A stretch of 64,000 nt of DNA from a virus (lineage: Duplodnaviria; Caudoviricetes): positions 1-64,000 of the IMG/VR virus record IMGVR_UViG_2667527228_000001; one strand, written 5' to 3'. This document shows positions 24,548 through 35,377 of the stretch, one piece after another. Position numbers and translations under genes: made by a program. Below the pieces are notes generated by a model. The model made no database searches and was not told where the DNA came from. It saw nothing but the letters and a program-made list of their open reading frames with translations. How positions within the stretch are numbered: the first letter of the stretch is position 1; every line of letters begins with the position of its first letter.

Positions 24548-26097
24548 TGGCTATCAAACCGATCGAGTGGGACACGCTTTCCGTTGACGAGCGTGCCGCC
24601 TTGATCGCAGCGGGCGAGCATAGCCCTCTGGCCTTCACCAGCCTCTGGTTCAACATCACCCAGGGCGACAGCTTCAGAACGAACTGGCACCACCACTACT
24701 TCGACTACGCCGCCCGTAAGATGCTTGCCGGCGAAGCGCAGAACATCGTCGTCAACATTCCACCAGGTGGCACCAAGACCGAGTTCTGGTCGGTGCACCT
24801 GCCGGTCTACACGATGGTCAAGCACCGCCGGGTGCGCATCCTCAACACCAGCTACTCCAAGAACCTGGTCGACGAGAACAGCGAGCGCAGTCGCGCCCTG
24901 GTCAAGTCCTCCGAGTTCCGCGAGTTCTACCCCTTCGACATCGAGAAGGACAAGGTAGACGACTGGACGCTGGCCAAGGATGGGAAGCGCGTACACCAAC
25001 TGTTCAGCCGCTCGAGTGGCGGCCAGATCACGGGTGTCCGTGGCGGCTACATGGGCGACGGCTACACCGGCCACATCCAGGCGGATGACTGGGACAAGAT
25101 CGACGACCTGTTCAGCGAGGCCAAGCGGCGCAAGTCTCACACGCGCTTGGTGAACACCCTGCGCAGCCGGAAGGCGCACAGCGGCACGCCATTCGTTGCG
25201 ATCCAGCAGCGTGGACACGTCGATGACTCGACCGCGTTCCTGCTATCCGGCGGCATGGGCCTGAAGATCGATCTTCACATCAAGATCCCGGCCCTGGTCA
25301 ATCAGGAGTACATCGATAGCCTGCCTGACGGCATCCGCGAGCGCTGCATCAAGTGCGTATGCGGATCGGAGCAGGTGGACGGCTACTGGTCGTACTGGCC
25401 GGCCAAGGAAAACGTTCACGACCTGATAGCGCTGCGCACGGCTCACCCGTACACGTTCAGCAGCCAGTACATGCAGAACCCCGACACGCTCGACGGCGGG
25501 ATCTTCTCGGCTGAAGACTTCCAGTACTACGGCGACGTAGATGCCGGGGCCGATCTGCCTCTGCCGGAGAAGTTCGACTATCGCTTCATCACCGCAGACA
25601 CCGCCCAGAAGACCAATACTTGGAACGATTGGACTGTGTTCGGGGAGTGGGGCGTGGCCGAGGGACGCATCTACCGACTGAGCATGAAGCGCGGACGTAT
25701 GGATGCGAAGACCCTGCGCCGCGAGTTCGAGGCATTCGTCAAAGGTGCTTGGGCCAAGAACGGGAAAGCCAACGGCATCCTGCGTCGGGTCTACGTCGAG
25801 GACAAATCAAGCGGTACCGGCCTGATCCAGGAGATGGAGAAGCGGCTGCCGCTCAAGGTGACGCCTGTCCCTCGGGATCGCGACAAGCTGACCCGCGCAC
25901 TCGACGTGCAGGGCTTCCATGCTGCCAAGCTGGTCTGCCTTCCATACGACGACAGCCAAAACTACGAGTTCGTGTGTGAGGTCGCATCCTTCACTGCCGA
26001 CGACAGCCACAAGTACGACGACCAGACCGACGTGATGATCGACGCCTTGTCCGAGGTTTACATCAAAGGCAAGCGCTCAATCCGCGACCTCCTATAA
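24547..26097 (+). CDS. Terminase large subunit
   Basis: NIPPGGTKT Walker A; DTAQK, EDKSSG and DDQTD nuclease motifs. Confidence 0.93.
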   Translation: MAIKPIEWDTLSVDERAALIAAGEHSPLAFTSLWFNITQGDSFRTNWHHHYFDYAARKMLAGEAQNIVVNIPPGGTKTEFWSVHLPVYTMVKHRRVRILNTSYSKNLVDENSERSRALVKSSEFREFYPFDIEKDKVDDWTLAKDGKRVHQLFSRSSGGQITGVRGGYMGDGYTGHIQADDWDKIDDLFSEAKRRKSHTRLVNTLRSRKAHSGTPFVAIQQRGHVDDSTAFLLSGGMGLKIDLHIKIPALVNQEYIDSLPDGIRERCIKCVCGSEQVDGYWSYWPAKENVHDLIALRTAHPYTFSSQYMQNPDTLDGGIFSAEDFQYYGDVDAGADLPLPEKFDYRFITADTAQKTNTWNDWTVFGEWGVAEGRIYRLSMKRGRMDAKTLRREFEAFVKGAWAKNGKANGILRRVYVEDKSSGTGLIQEMEKRLPLKVTPVPRDRDKLTRALDVQGFHAAKLVCLPYDDSQNYEFVCEVASFTADDSHKYDDQTDVMIDALSEVYIKGKRSIRDLL

Positions 26098-26113
26098 CCC
26101 AATCGGTGACCCC

Positions 26114-27490
26114 ATGAGCAAGAAGGGCTTAGTGCCAGCAGACAAAAAGCTGGGCAAAGCCCTTGTTCGGGCTGCTCAGAAGTACGAGGCGCAGATCAAG
26201 TCGTCGAGTGACGGCCTGGTGAACGTCGTGTCGGGTCTCGGCACTCAGAAGGCAAAGCGCTCACACAACCAGTTCCAGTACGGATTCCTCAACGACTTCC
26301 AGCAGCTGGACGCGGCCTATCAGACGAGCTGGCTTGCTCGGGCGATCGTGGACTATCCAGCCGAGGACATGACCCGCGAGTGGCGCACCCTCAAGTGCGA
26401 CGACGCGGATGTGATCCGGGCTGAAGAGGATCGCCTGAACCTGCCGGCCATGGTCAGCGAGGCAACCAGCTGGGCGCGCCTGTACGGTGGCGCTGGCATC
26501 CTCATGCTAACCAATCAGGACCTGACCAAGCCGCTCAAGCCGGAAAAGATCAAGAAGGGCGACCTGTACCGCCTGCTGGTGATCGACCGCTTCGACATGA
26601 CGGCGATGGACCTGAACCAGACCAACATCCTGGCCGCGAACTATTTACAGCCGGAGTTCTACACCATTTCCGCAGGTGCACAGCAAATCCACTGGACGCA
26701 CTTCGCCCGGTTCGCCGGTGCCAAGCTGCCACGTCGCCAGCGCGCACAGACGCAGGGGTGGGGCGACTCAGAGCTGCGCAAGTGCCTCGACGACGTCATG
26801 GACATCGTCGCCAGCAAGGACGGCATTGCCGAGCTGATGCAGGAGGCGAACGTCGACATCATCAAGCGTGTCGGACTCTCGGATGAGTTGGCCAGCGATC
26901 AGGACGAAGCCATCACGGCGCGCTACGCCCTGTTCAGCATGATGAAGTCCTCGATCAATTTGGCGCTTCTGGACGACGAAGAGACCTATGACCGCAAGAC
27001 GCTTGACCTGTCCGGTGTGGCGCCGGTGCTCGACCTGCTGATGACGTGGATTGCTGGCGCTGCCGGCATCCCGGTGACTCGCCTGTTCGGCGAATCTGCG
27101 AAGGGCCTCGGCAACACCGGAGAGGGTGATGACACCAACTACCACAACCAGCTGTCCTCGAAGCGCTTGACCCAGATCGACCCAGGTCTTCGCCAACTCG
27201 ACGAAGTTCTGGTGCGCTCGGCTACCGGGCAGTGGATCAACGACTTCAACTACGTCTGGAACCCGTTCAAGCAGCCCGACCTTGTCCAGATCGCCCAAGC
27301 CAACAAGGCCAAGGCCGAGACCGACATCCTGTACAAGGACGCCGCCATCGTCACCACCAGCCAGATTCAGCGCCGGCTGCAGGCCGAAGAGCTCTATCAG
27401 TTCGACGACGACAAGATCGCCGCCCTGGAAGAGGACGAAGACCTGACCATGTTCAACGACCCGCCAAACGATGGCGATAAGGACGAATGA
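26114..27490 (+). CDS. Portal protein (DUF1073-like)
   Basis: Position after TerL; WARLYGG and IPVTRLFG. Confidence 0.85.
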   Translation: MSKKGLVPADKKLGKALVRAAQKYEAQIKSSSDGLVNVVSGLGTQKAKRSHNQFQYGFLNDFQQLDAAYQTSWLARAIVDYPAEDMTREWRTLKCDDADVIRAEEDRLNLPAMVSEATSWARLYGGAGILMLTNQDLTKPLKPEKIKKGDLYRLLVIDRFDMTAMDLNQTNILAANYLQPEFYTISAGAQQIHWTHFARFAGAKLPRRQRAQTQGWGDSELRKCLDDVMDIVASKDGIAELMQEANVDIIKRVGLSDELASDQDEAITARYALFSMMKSSINLALLDDEETYDRKTLDLSGVAPVLDLLMTWIAGAAGIPVTRLFGESAKGLGNTGEGDDTNYHNQLSSKRLTQIDPGLRQLDEVLVRSATGQWINDFNYVWNPFKQPDLVQIAQANKAKAETDILYKDAAIVTTSQIQRRLQAEELYQFDDDKIAALEEDEDLTMFNDPPNDGDKDE

Positions 27491-27493
27491 CGC

Positions 27494-28309
27494 ATGGACA
27501 TGATCGGCATCCAGTACAACGCCAAGCTGCAGCGGCTGGTGAAGCAGGTAAAAGCCGATATCTCGGCCGAGATCATGCCTCTGGTCCGCCAGCTTGCCCC
27601 GGAGTATACGCAGGACGCAGTGGTCACGACTGATGCCTGGTCTGACCTAATCCTGAGTGCGATGTCCCGACTGATGCAGAAGTGGCAGTCGGAATGGGTC
27701 AGTGCTGGCGCAAACCGGATAGCCGCCGAGTTCGTCCAGTCGTCGCTGAAGAAGTCCGAACGAGACCTGAAGAAGTCGGCCGGCATCGACGTGTACAGCG
27801 GCAACAGCGCATTGCAGGACTACCTGAAGGCATCGGCCCAGCAGAACGCCCAGCTGATCAAATCCATCCCCGCCAAGTACCTGGAAGAGGTGCAGACGCT
27901 GGTGATGGCGAACATGCGCTCAGGCATGCGCCCCGGCTACATCGAGAAGGCGTTGCAGGAGCAGTTCGGGGTGACGCAGCGCCGGGCCAAGATGATCGCC
28001 CGCGACCAGACGTCCAAGATCCAGGGTGAGCTGGCCGAGAAGCAGCAGAAAGGCGCCGGCTTTGAGTACTTCCAGTGGATCGACTCCGACGACCGCCGTG
28101 TGCGTCACCGGCACCACGAAATCGCCAACAAGGTCACCGCGTACGGTAAAGGGATCTACCGCTGGGACGACCTGCCGCTGAGTGACGACGGCAAGCCGAT
28201 CAAACCCGGTTCCGACTATCAGTGCCGATGCATCGCGCGCCCAGTGAGCGCACGCGAGGTCAAGGCCAATCAAGACGCCGGACGCACAGCGCCTGGCGTA
28301 CTTCGCTAA
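27494..28309 (+). CDS. Minor head protein (SPP1 gp7 / Mu F)
   Basis: IARDQT...DRRVRHRH...PGSDYQCRC. Confidence 0.88.
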   Translation: MDMIGIQYNAKLQRLVKQVKADISAEIMPLVRQLAPEYTQDAVVTTDAWSDLILSAMSRLMQKWQSEWVSAGANRIAAEFVQSSLKKSERDLKKSAGIDVYSGNSALQDYLKASAQQNAQLIKSIPAKYLEEVQTLVMANMRSGMRPGYIEKALQEQFGVTQRRAKMIARDQTSKIQGELAEKQQKGAGFEYFQWIDSDDRRVRHRHHEIANKVTAYGKGIYRWDDLPLSDDGKPIKPGSDYQCRCIARPVSAREVKANQDAGRTAPGVLR

Positions 28310-28334
28310 ATCATCCAATCCGCGAGGCCGCAAC

Positions 28335-29492
28335 ATGAAGTGCACGGTTTTCGACCGGGCTGGGTATCGCATCACCCAGCGAGAGTACACCGACGAGGGT
28401 TTTCTCAAGGTTCCGGGTCGGGTTGCCCGCACCGGCATTCAGGAGTACCTGGCCCGCGAGCTTGGGCTCGATGGCGACCCTAACCGCATTGTGCGCGTGT
28501 ACAGACCGCCCGAAGAGGTTTTTGCGCCCGATTCGTTGAGCACCTACGACGCCAGCGACATCACCAACGACCACCCGAAAGAACTGGTCACGGCGCTCAC
28601 TTACAAGGGCGTTGCGGTTGGTGTGGTTCGAGGGCCTGGGCGCCAAGACGGGGATTTTGTTGCTGCCGACCTGATCGTCAAAGACCAGAAGACCATCACC
28701 GACATTAATGCCGGCAAGTGCGAGATCTCCGCCGGCTACACCGCAATTTACGACGAAGCACCAGGCGTCACCGAAGACGGCCAGGCGTACCACTACATCC
28801 AACGTGAAATTCGAATCAACCACGTTGCGATCGTTGATAGAGCAAGGGCGGGCGCCAATGCCCGCGTTTTTGACCACAACCCAGGAGGCAACACAATGCC
28901 TGTACTTATCACCACCGATAGCGGGCGCAGCGTTGATGTTGCTGATCCTGCGAACGCCCAAGTGGTCGCCGACTCGTTCGACCGACTGTTGAAGCGTGCA
29001 ACCGATGCGGAATCCAAGGCTGATAAGGCCCAGGCTGCCGCTGACTCTGCCACTGAGAAACTCGGCGAGGCGGTCAAGGCTTCGAGCGACGAGGCCATCA
29101 AGGCTCGCGTCACCGCGATCTCCAGCACCCACGCACTGGCCCGCAAGGTCGCTGGCGACAGCTTCACCTGCGACAGCCTCGACGTGATCGAGATCAAGCG
29201 CGCCGCGCTGGCCGTGGCCCTGCCGAAGCGCGACTGGTCGGACAAGTCCGCCGGCTACGTTGAAGCCGCCTTCGACGCTGAGTCCGACAAGGACGAGGAA
29301 GAAGAGGAAGACGACGACAAAGGCGAAAAGAAACCGAAAGCGCCAACCGGTGACACCGCCGCACTGTTCGCCCAGTTCGTTCAGCTGGCCAAGGACGGTG
29401 CAACCACCCCCGCGACCACCGATGCCGCACCGACCCCGTACCAGGCGCACAAGAAAAGCTTGTCCGGCGCCCACAAACAGAAAGGAGCCTAA
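28335..29492 (+). CDS. Prohead protease/scaffold (DUF2213-like)
   Basis: ARTGIQEY, ISAGY, NHVAIVDRARAG. Confidence 0.85.
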   Translation: MKCTVFDRAGYRITQREYTDEGFLKVPGRVARTGIQEYLARELGLDGDPNRIVRVYRPPEEVFAPDSLSTYDASDITNDHPKELVTALTYKGVAVGVVRGPGRQDGDFVAADLIVKDQKTITDINAGKCEISAGYTAIYDEAPGVTEDGQAYHYIQREIRINHVAIVDRARAGANARVFDHNPGGNTMPVLITTDSGRSVDVADPANAQVVADSFDRLLKRATDAESKADKAQAAADSATEKLGEAVKASSDEAIKARVTAISSTHALARKVAGDSFTCDSLDVIEIKRAALAVALPKRDWSDKSAGYVEAAFDAESDKDEEEEEDDDKGEKKPKAPTGDTAALFAQFVQLAKDGATTPATTDAAPTPYQAHKKSLSGAHKQKGA

Positions 29493-29494
29493 CC

Positions 29495-30007
29495 ATGCCA
29501 GTTCAAGGTGGTAACGCAATCAACCACGGCGTCGCGTACGCGGGCATGGTCGCTGATGGCGAAGTGTCCAACGGCGTCTCCAAGGTCAACAAAGGCACTG
29601 TCAACATCGCTTACGGCCTGGGCGTGGTGAGCGACGGTGACGACGGCGCCAAGCTGCCTGTAGCCGCTTCGACCGCCGCTCAGTTCATCGGCGTCGTGAA
29701 GCGCGAGCTGAACCGTGCCTACACCCAGGCTGATGTCTTCGGCGCAGTCGCCAAGCGCGACATGACCGTCGAGACCATGGCGTCTATCTGGGTGACTGCT
29801 CGCGTAGCCGTTGCCAAGGATGACCCTGTGTACCTGGTCGTCGGCGACGGCACCGGCACCAACCAGGGCCAGTTCTCCAACGTGGTCGGCGCTGCCGCCA
29901 CCCTGGCAGTCCTGATCCCGAACGCCAAATGGGTCAGCACCGCCGGCGCCGGCGCACTGGTTAAAATTTCTCTGAAGGTCGGGGCTAATCGACATGACTC
30001 AGCTTAA
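29495..30007 (+). CDS. Capsid decoration/cement protein
   Basis: Between scaffold and major capsid protein; beta-rich. Confidence 0.7.
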   Translation: MPVQGGNAINHGVAYAGMVADGEVSNGVSKVNKGTVNIAYGLGVVSDGDDGAKLPVAASTAAQFIGVVKRELNRAYTQADVFGAVAKRDMTVETMASIWVTARVAVAKDDPVYLVVGDGTGTNQGQFSNVVGAAATLAVLIPNAKWVSTAGAGALVKISLKVGANRHDSA

Positions 30008-31022
30008 GAAAATCGTCGTAGCCATCGATGCCGCTATCGCGCACCAGATCGGCCGCGATGCGTACCAAGTGACCTTCAACGACGGTCTGCCGACTCTCGA
30101 TGACGGCCTGGCGTTCTACATCAGCCAGTTGGCTAGCCTGGAATCTCGTATCTACGAGGCCAAGTATGCCGCTATCAACTACATGGAGCTGATCCCGGTC
30201 GACACCTCTCTTCCTGAGTGGGTCGATCAGTGGGACTACATCAGCTACGACGGCGTGACCATCGGCAAGTTCATCGGCGCCAGCGCTGACGACCTGCCCG
30301 ATGTGACGGTCAACGCGAACAAGTCGGTTGTGCCGATCGGCTACGCGGGAAACAAGTACAGCTACAGCCTGGATGAACTGCGCAAGTCGCAACAGCTTCG
30401 TATCCCGCTGGACACCACCAAGGCACGACTGGCCTTCCGTGGCGCCCAGGAGCACACCCAGCGCGTGGCTTACTTCGGTGACGCCGCTCGCGGCATGACC
30501 GGCCTGTTCAACAACCCGAACCTGGCACTGTCGAACTCCACGCTGAACTGGTACGACCCAGCAACCACTGGTGACCAGATCGTCGCTGACCTGAATAAGA
30601 TCCTGGTTGATGTCTACATCAATTCGGCCACCGTTCACGTCCCCGACACCATCATCTTGGATGCTGCCCGCTTCGCGTTCATCTCGAATAAGCGGATGGG
30701 CACCATCACCGACAAGACGATGCTGGAGTACTTCCGAACCAACAACCAGTTCACCGCTCTGACTGGTCGTCCGATCAACATCTTCAGCCGTCTGCAACTG
30801 TCCGCTGCCCAACTGGCCGCCGCCGGCGTGTCCAACGGTAACAAGGACCGTATCGTCGCTTACGAGCTGAACGACGAGAACCTGGGCATGCAGGTGCCGA
30901 TCCCGTGGCGCTCCCTGGCTCCGCAGATGTTGAACCTTAAGGTCAACGTGCCGTGCGAATACAAGATCAGCGGCGTTGAATTCCGCTATCCGTTCTCTGG
31001 CGCATACCGCGACCAGTTCTAA
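29994..31022 (+). CDS. Major capsid protein (DUF2184-like)
   Basis: 342 aa; YFGD...GLFNNP; head module position. Confidence 0.85.
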   Translation: MTQLKKIVVAIDAAIAHQIGRDAYQVTFNDGLPTLDDGLAFYISQLASLESRIYEAKYAAINYMELIPVDTSLPEWVDQWDYISYDGVTIGKFIGASADDLPDVTVNANKSVVPIGYAGNKYSYSLDELRKSQQLRIPLDTTKARLAFRGAQEHTQRVAYFGDAARGMTGLFNNPNLALSNSTLNWYDPATTGDQIVADLNKILVDVYINSATVHVPDTIILDAARFAFISNKRMGTITDKTMLEYFRTNNQFTALTGRPINIFSRLQLSAAQLAAAGVSNGNKDRIVAYELNDENLGMQVPIPWRSLAPQMLNLKVNVPCEYKISGVEFRYPFSGAYRDQF

Positions 31023-31090
31023 CCAGACGATCCATGGCCGCCTCTGCTATGCCCGGGGCGGCGGCCAATGATTCCGGGCGAGGATTCGAC

Positions 31091-31420
31091 ATGTTCCTGA
31101 AGAACGAAGCAGCACGACTGATCACCATCAACCACCTGGCGGATGGCGTTGAAACCAGCTACCCGATCCTGCCAGGTGAAAACCCGTCGGTCGAAGTGCC
31201 GGACGCAGTGGCCAAAATCGATTTCGTGAAGGCTCTGTTGAATAGCGGTGATCTGCGCCGCGTTGGCGCTGATGAGCTTGAAAGCGAAGATGATGATGAA
31301 GGCGACGACGACATCGAGGCGCTGCGCGAACAGGCAGGCCGAGCCGGCGTAAAGGTCAACAAGACCTGGGGCAAGGCTCGCCTGCTGGAAGAGATCGCCA
31401 AGGCCTCCAAGACCGAGTAA
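31091..31420 (+). CDS. Hypothetical virion protein
   Basis: GAGGA RBS; C-terminal Rho-N/HeH-like segment. Confidence 0.65.
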   Translation: MFLKNEAARLITINHLADGVETSYPILPGENPSVEVPDAVAKIDFVKALLNSGDLRRVGADELESEDDDEGDDDIEALREQAGRAGVKVNKTWGKARLLEEIAKASKTE

Positions 31421-31462
31421 TACCCGGGCGCCTGGCGCCCACCCATTCAAACCGGAGAGCCC

Positions 31463-31882
31463 ATGTTAATCACCCCCGAGATGATTGCGGCTTTTCGCAG
31501 CAATCCCGTGCTGAAGGCGTTCGCAGATCCCGCGAAGTGGCCAGACGAGTACATCGTCGAGGCCCTTTGTGAGGCTGGCACCGAAACCGGCTCAAGCCGC
31601 TGGGGTGCTCTCGAACTGACCTGCGACAACTTCAAGTGGCGCGGCATGCAGTACTTCGCCGCTCACTGGCTGGCTACCAACTTTTCCACCCTCGGCTCAA
31701 CGGCACCGCCAGGCTCCGATGCGCGTCTCAACGTGGCCCAGAAGTCGGTCGGTGATGAATCGATTGCCTACCGCGTTCCGCAAATGATGGACGCTGGCAC
31801 CGACTGGCTGACCTACACCAACTACGGCCAGCAGTTCTACAGGCTCAAGAAGCGCGCCGGGATGGGTGCCAAGGCGGTTTAG
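31463..31882 (+). CDS. Head-tail adaptor (DUF4054-like)
   Basis: AAHWL...TNYGQQF. Confidence 0.8.
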   Translation: MLITPEMIAAFRSNPVLKAFADPAKWPDEYIVEALCEAGTETGSSRWGALELTCDNFKWRGMQYFAAHWLATNFSTLGSTAPPGSDARLNVAQKSVGDESIAYRVPQMMDAGTDWLTYTNYGQQFYRLKKRAGMGAKAV

Positions 31883-32482
31883 ATGATTACTCTCGACATC
31901 CAGGGCTTTCAGGAACTGCAGGACGAGCTGGCGAAAGAGCTGGACGCGCTGAAGTCGAACAAGGTTGTCACCGTCGGCATCCATGAGGAAGCCGGCGACG
32001 TTGAGTCGGGCGACCTGACCATGGCCAGCCTTGGCGCGATCAACGAGTTCGGCGCCGACATAAAACACCCAGGCGGAACGTCCTACGGCTACGCCAGCAA
32101 GGCTGCTGCCGACCGCGATGAGGTTCGCTTCCTAAAGACCGGCAAGGGCTACATGGAACTGGGCATTACCCAAGCGCACACGATCAACATCCCGGCCAGG
32201 CCATGGCTTGAACCGGGGGTTGCGAGCGCAACGCCTGAGGTACTGCTGACCATCCAGGATGGCATGGAGGCCGGTCATTCGATGGATCAGATCCTTGAAG
32301 CGGTCGGCGTGGTAGCTGCGGGCAAAGTGAAGGTCTACATGACCGAACTGAAGACCCCACCCAACGCGGCCGCGACCATCCGTAAGAAAGGCAGCTCAAA
32401 CCCGCTGATTGATACCGGCGCCATGCGCCAGTCGGTCACGCACAAAGTGTCTATTGGCCCGGCCGAGGAGGGATTAGATTGA
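31883..32482 (+). CDS. Neck / tail completion protein
   Basis: IPARPWL...PLIDTGAMRQSVT. Confidence 0.75.
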   Translation: MITLDIQGFQELQDELAKELDALKSNKVVTVGIHEEAGDVESGDLTMASLGAINEFGADIKHPGGTSYGYASKAAADRDEVRFLKTGKGYMELGITQAHTINIPARPWLEPGVASATPEVLLTIQDGMEAGHSMDQILEAVGVVAAGKVKVYMTELKTPPNAAATIRKKGSSNPLIDTGAMRQSVTHKVSIGPAEEGLD

Positions 32483-32850
32483 GCCTTTCAATGGAAGGCC
32501 ACATTGATGACGTATTCGTCAGTGTTGCCGCAAGCCGCACTGTGGATATCGGTGGTGGCTGGGTAGATGGCATATGGACTCCTGGAGTGCCTGACACCAA
32601 GCCCTACGTCGTCAACATACAGGCCGCCAGTGACCGCGAAGTCGATTTCATCCGCCAGGGCGGCGAGCGGATCACCGACTTGCGCCGGATCTACATCAAC
32701 CAGGGCGACATGCAGCTGATCGACCAGACCGGCACCTGGACGTTCCTGGGCCAGCAGTGGAAGGTCGTCAAGTGCGACAACAGGTATTGGCGGAACTACT
32801 GCAAGGTTCTCGTTATGAGGATTGACGATCAGTCGGGCGGCCCAGCATGA
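32479..32850 (+). CDS. Head closure protein
   Basis: Position and size. Confidence 0.6.
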   Translation: MSLSMEGHIDDVFVSVAASRTVDIGGGWVDGIWTPGVPDTKPYVVNIQAASDREVDFIRQGGERITDLRRIYINQGDMQLIDQTGTWTFLGQQWKVVKCDNRYWRNYCKVLVMRIDDQSGGPA

Positions 32851-33392
32851 CCAACGAAGAGCTGTTCAAGAAGCTGCGACCGATTGTGATGCTGGCTACC
32901 GGCGTGCCCGAGTGCTTGCTGGCCGATCAGGTCGGTCCTGGCAGCATGCCTGCGCCAAAGGGTGCCTACGCCACGATCACGCCCAGGCAGTCCGTCAGCG
33001 AGCGCGGCCAGGCCAATATCGTTTCGCGCAACGTGCCTGGCGAATTGGTGGAGGTGGATGTGCGAGCGCAGATCATGTGCTCGGCCAGCGTCAACTTCTA
33101 CCGCGGCGAGGCCCTGATGTACGCCGAGCGCCTAAAGCAGGCCAACAAGCGGCCCGACGTGAGCATGATGCTGTTCAAGTCCAAGATCGGCTGGAACAGC
33201 ACGGACGCCGTCAACAACCTCACCAGTCTACAGTCGGCCAACTTCGAGCAGCGGGCGCAGATCACCATCCGCCTGATGTACGAAACCAGCAGCCTGCCGG
33301 TTGTGAACAACATCCAGAGTGTCGAAGTGGCGCTTGAGAACGAAAAGGCACGGGTCCTTGAGACCTTCACCGTCGAAATTGACCCCGCATAA
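32847..33392 (+). CDS. Tail terminator / neck protein
   Basis: Precedes the sheath gene. Confidence 0.6.
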   Translation: MTNEELFKKLRPIVMLATGVPECLLADQVGPGSMPAPKGAYATITPRQSVSERGQANIVSRNVPGELVEVDVRAQIMCSASVNFYRGEALMYAERLKQANKRPDVSMMLFKSKIGWNSTDAVNNLTSLQSANFEQRAQITIRLMYETSSLPVVNNIQSVEVALENEKARVLETFTVEIDPA

Positions 33393-33409
33393 CCATTGGA
33401 GCTCTCGAG

Positions 33410-34552
33410 ATGAGTTATCCCGCCTCAGAAATTATTCGCATCAACGCAAGAATCAGCCCTGCCGGACTGGGCACTGCGAACTTCGCCAGCGCCATGCTGT
33501 TCGCGCCAGAAACCGAATTACCGGAAGGATTTGATCCTGATACATACCGGACCTATTCAACGCTGGTAGCGCTGTCTACTGACTTCGCAGACACAACCGA
33601 GACCTACAAGGCGGCTCAGCGCTGGCTTGGCGGCACACCGGCAACGCGCCAGATTCAGGTTTGGGGAACAGCAACAGCAGACGCAACCCGCGCCGCCACA
33701 CTGAACAAAGCCCGCAACATGCTCTGGTGGTATTGGACCATGTGGACAGCAGATGTTCTTGCCGTGAAACTGGACGTTCTCGCGATCGCAAGCTGGTGTG
33801 ATGAAAACACTAGCATGTTTATCGACAACCAGACCGGCGCTAATGTGGCTGAAATTCGCGACCCTGCCGAAGACGAAGATATCGCCAGCGGCCTAACGGC
33901 GCTAGGGTTCCGCCACGCTTACACCGCCGCACACGCCACCGACGCCTATTCCGGCTCGGCCCTGGCCAAGCACTTTGCAGCGGTGAACTACAGCGCCGAT
34001 CGCTCGACCATCACTGGTGAGTTCAAGAAGTCGCCCGGTGTGCTCGCTGAATCTTTGACCGGTACCGCTTATGCGGCTATGCAGAGCGATACGAAGAAGG
34101 CCGTCTTCTACACCATAGTGGACAACCAAGGATCTACTGATTCTGGCCGGTGGCTGAACACGCTCACGCACAGCTTTTACGGCGAGTTCATCGACGATGT
34201 GGTGAACCTTGATGCGTGCATCAACTTCCTGACCACGTCGCTCTACGGCGCAGTCGCCAACCAGACCACCAAGCTTGCTCAGACCCCCGTCGGCCAAGCG
34301 GTACTGATCGGCGCTGCGCGGGCGACCATGCAGCAGTTCATCAGCAACGGCTACCTGGGTCCGCGGAACTACATCGACCCGGACGATGGATTGGAAAAAT
34401 ACACCGCCGGCTTCGAGATCCTGACCAAGCCTGAGGACATCCTCGACCTTTCGGACGCTGACCGTGACGCTCGCAAGTCCGCACCTCTGCGAATCCGACT
34501 GTTCCGCGCTGGCGCCATCCATGTGGTTGACGTTGATCTCGACGTTTATTGA
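33410..34552 (+). CDS. Tail sheath (DUF3383-like)
   Basis: C-terminal RDARKS...AGAIH. Confidence 0.8.
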   Translation: MSYPASEIIRINARISPAGLGTANFASAMLFAPETELPEGFDPDTYRTYSTLVALSTDFADTTETYKAAQRWLGGTPATRQIQVWGTATADATRAATLNKARNMLWWYWTMWTADVLAVKLDVLAIASWCDENTSMFIDNQTGANVAEIRDPAEDEDIASGLTALGFRHAYTAAHATDAYSGSALAKHFAAVNYSADRSTITGEFKKSPGVLAESLTGTAYAAMQSDTKKAVFYTIVDNQGSTDSGRWLNTLTHSFYGEFIDDVVNLDACINFLTTSLYGAVANQTTKLAQTPVGQAVLIGAARATMQQFISNGYLGPRNYIDPDDGLEKYTAGFEILTKPEDILDLSDADRDARKSAPLRIRLFRAGAIHVVDVDLDVY

Positions 34553-34564
34553 TAGGTGATCTGA

Positions 34565-34972
34565 ATGTCCCTGAATAATTTCTCTAACGACCTGACCGTC
34601 GTCACCATCAATGGCCGGCAAATCCAGGACTGGGGCGACACTGCCACCCCATACACAGATGCGCCGATCGATCCTCGCAGTCAGCTGCGCCGTGGCCAGG
34701 GCGGCAACGCTGTCCGTCTCGATCGCCAGAACCCAGGCCGTGAGGTGAACGTCTACCTCAATCCGGGCTCATCCGACTCAGCATACGTGCAGGGCCTGCT
34801 GAACTCGAACGCCAACATCACTCTGACCTTCACGCAGATCGGCACGCTCGAAACGGCCCTTGGCTCGGAAGGCGTGCTGGTGAACGACGGCCAGCGTGGT
34901 CGCGCCGGTTCAACCATCACGGACGATCAGTTCACGATGCAGTTCAACATCTGGGAAGCGACAAGGGGCTAA
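34565..34972 (+). CDS. Tail tube protein
   Basis: 135 aa, follows the sheath gene. Confidence 0.7.
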   Translation: MSLNNFSNDLTVVTINGRQIQDWGDTATPYTDAPIDPRSQLRRGQGGNAVRLDRQNPGREVNVYLNPGSSDSAYVQGLLNSNANITLTFTQIGTLETALGSEGVLVNDGQRGRAGSTITDDQFTMQFNIWEATRG

Positions 34973-34975
34973 TAG

Positions 34976-35377
34976 ATGAGCGTGAAACCATTCACCATTG
35001 GCGGTGTGCAGTACAACGCAGCCATGGCCAGCGCTGTCGATCAAGACCGGCTCATGTCCATGTTGTCCGGCGCCGTGCTTGAGCGATTTGCAACGGCGGC
35101 GCATGCCGGCTTGGAAGTTGACGGCCAGGTCCTCTGTGCGATGTTCATGTCGATGCGCCAGGACGTGAAGGCTCAGGTCTCGCAGATGCTCATGGGAAAA
35201 GTCCTCATCAACGGCACCGAGCGCCCGGTAACTGTCGCTGACTTCGGCGGCAGGATGGTGCAGTACAACCAGTTGCTCGCCGAACTGCTGCTATGGAACC
35301 TCTCCGATTTTTTCGACTGGCTGCCCAGCGGCGCAAAAGACGCTCGGCAGGACGAGGTGGTAGGCGCAGCGCAATAA
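34976..35377 (+). CDS. Tail assembly chaperone
   Basis: Between tube and tape measure; slippery T TTT TTC at 35308-35314. Confidence 0.75.
   Translation: MSVKPFTIGGVQYNAAMASAVDQDRLMSMLSGAVLERFATAAHAGLEVDGQVLCAMFMSMRQDVKAQVSQMLMGKVLINGTERPVTVADFGGRMVQYNQLLAELLLWNLSDFFDWLPSGAKDARQDEVVGAAQ

Noticed and set aside
26114-27490. Portal gene as anti-CBASS Acb1
   Set aside because: Size and position fit a portal protein; no appended 2H-phosphodiesterase domain with paired HxT motifs is visible.
24109-29519. Long minus-strand ORFs (369 aa, 402 aa) in the head module
   Set aside because: Antisense shadows of the terminase and protease genes.
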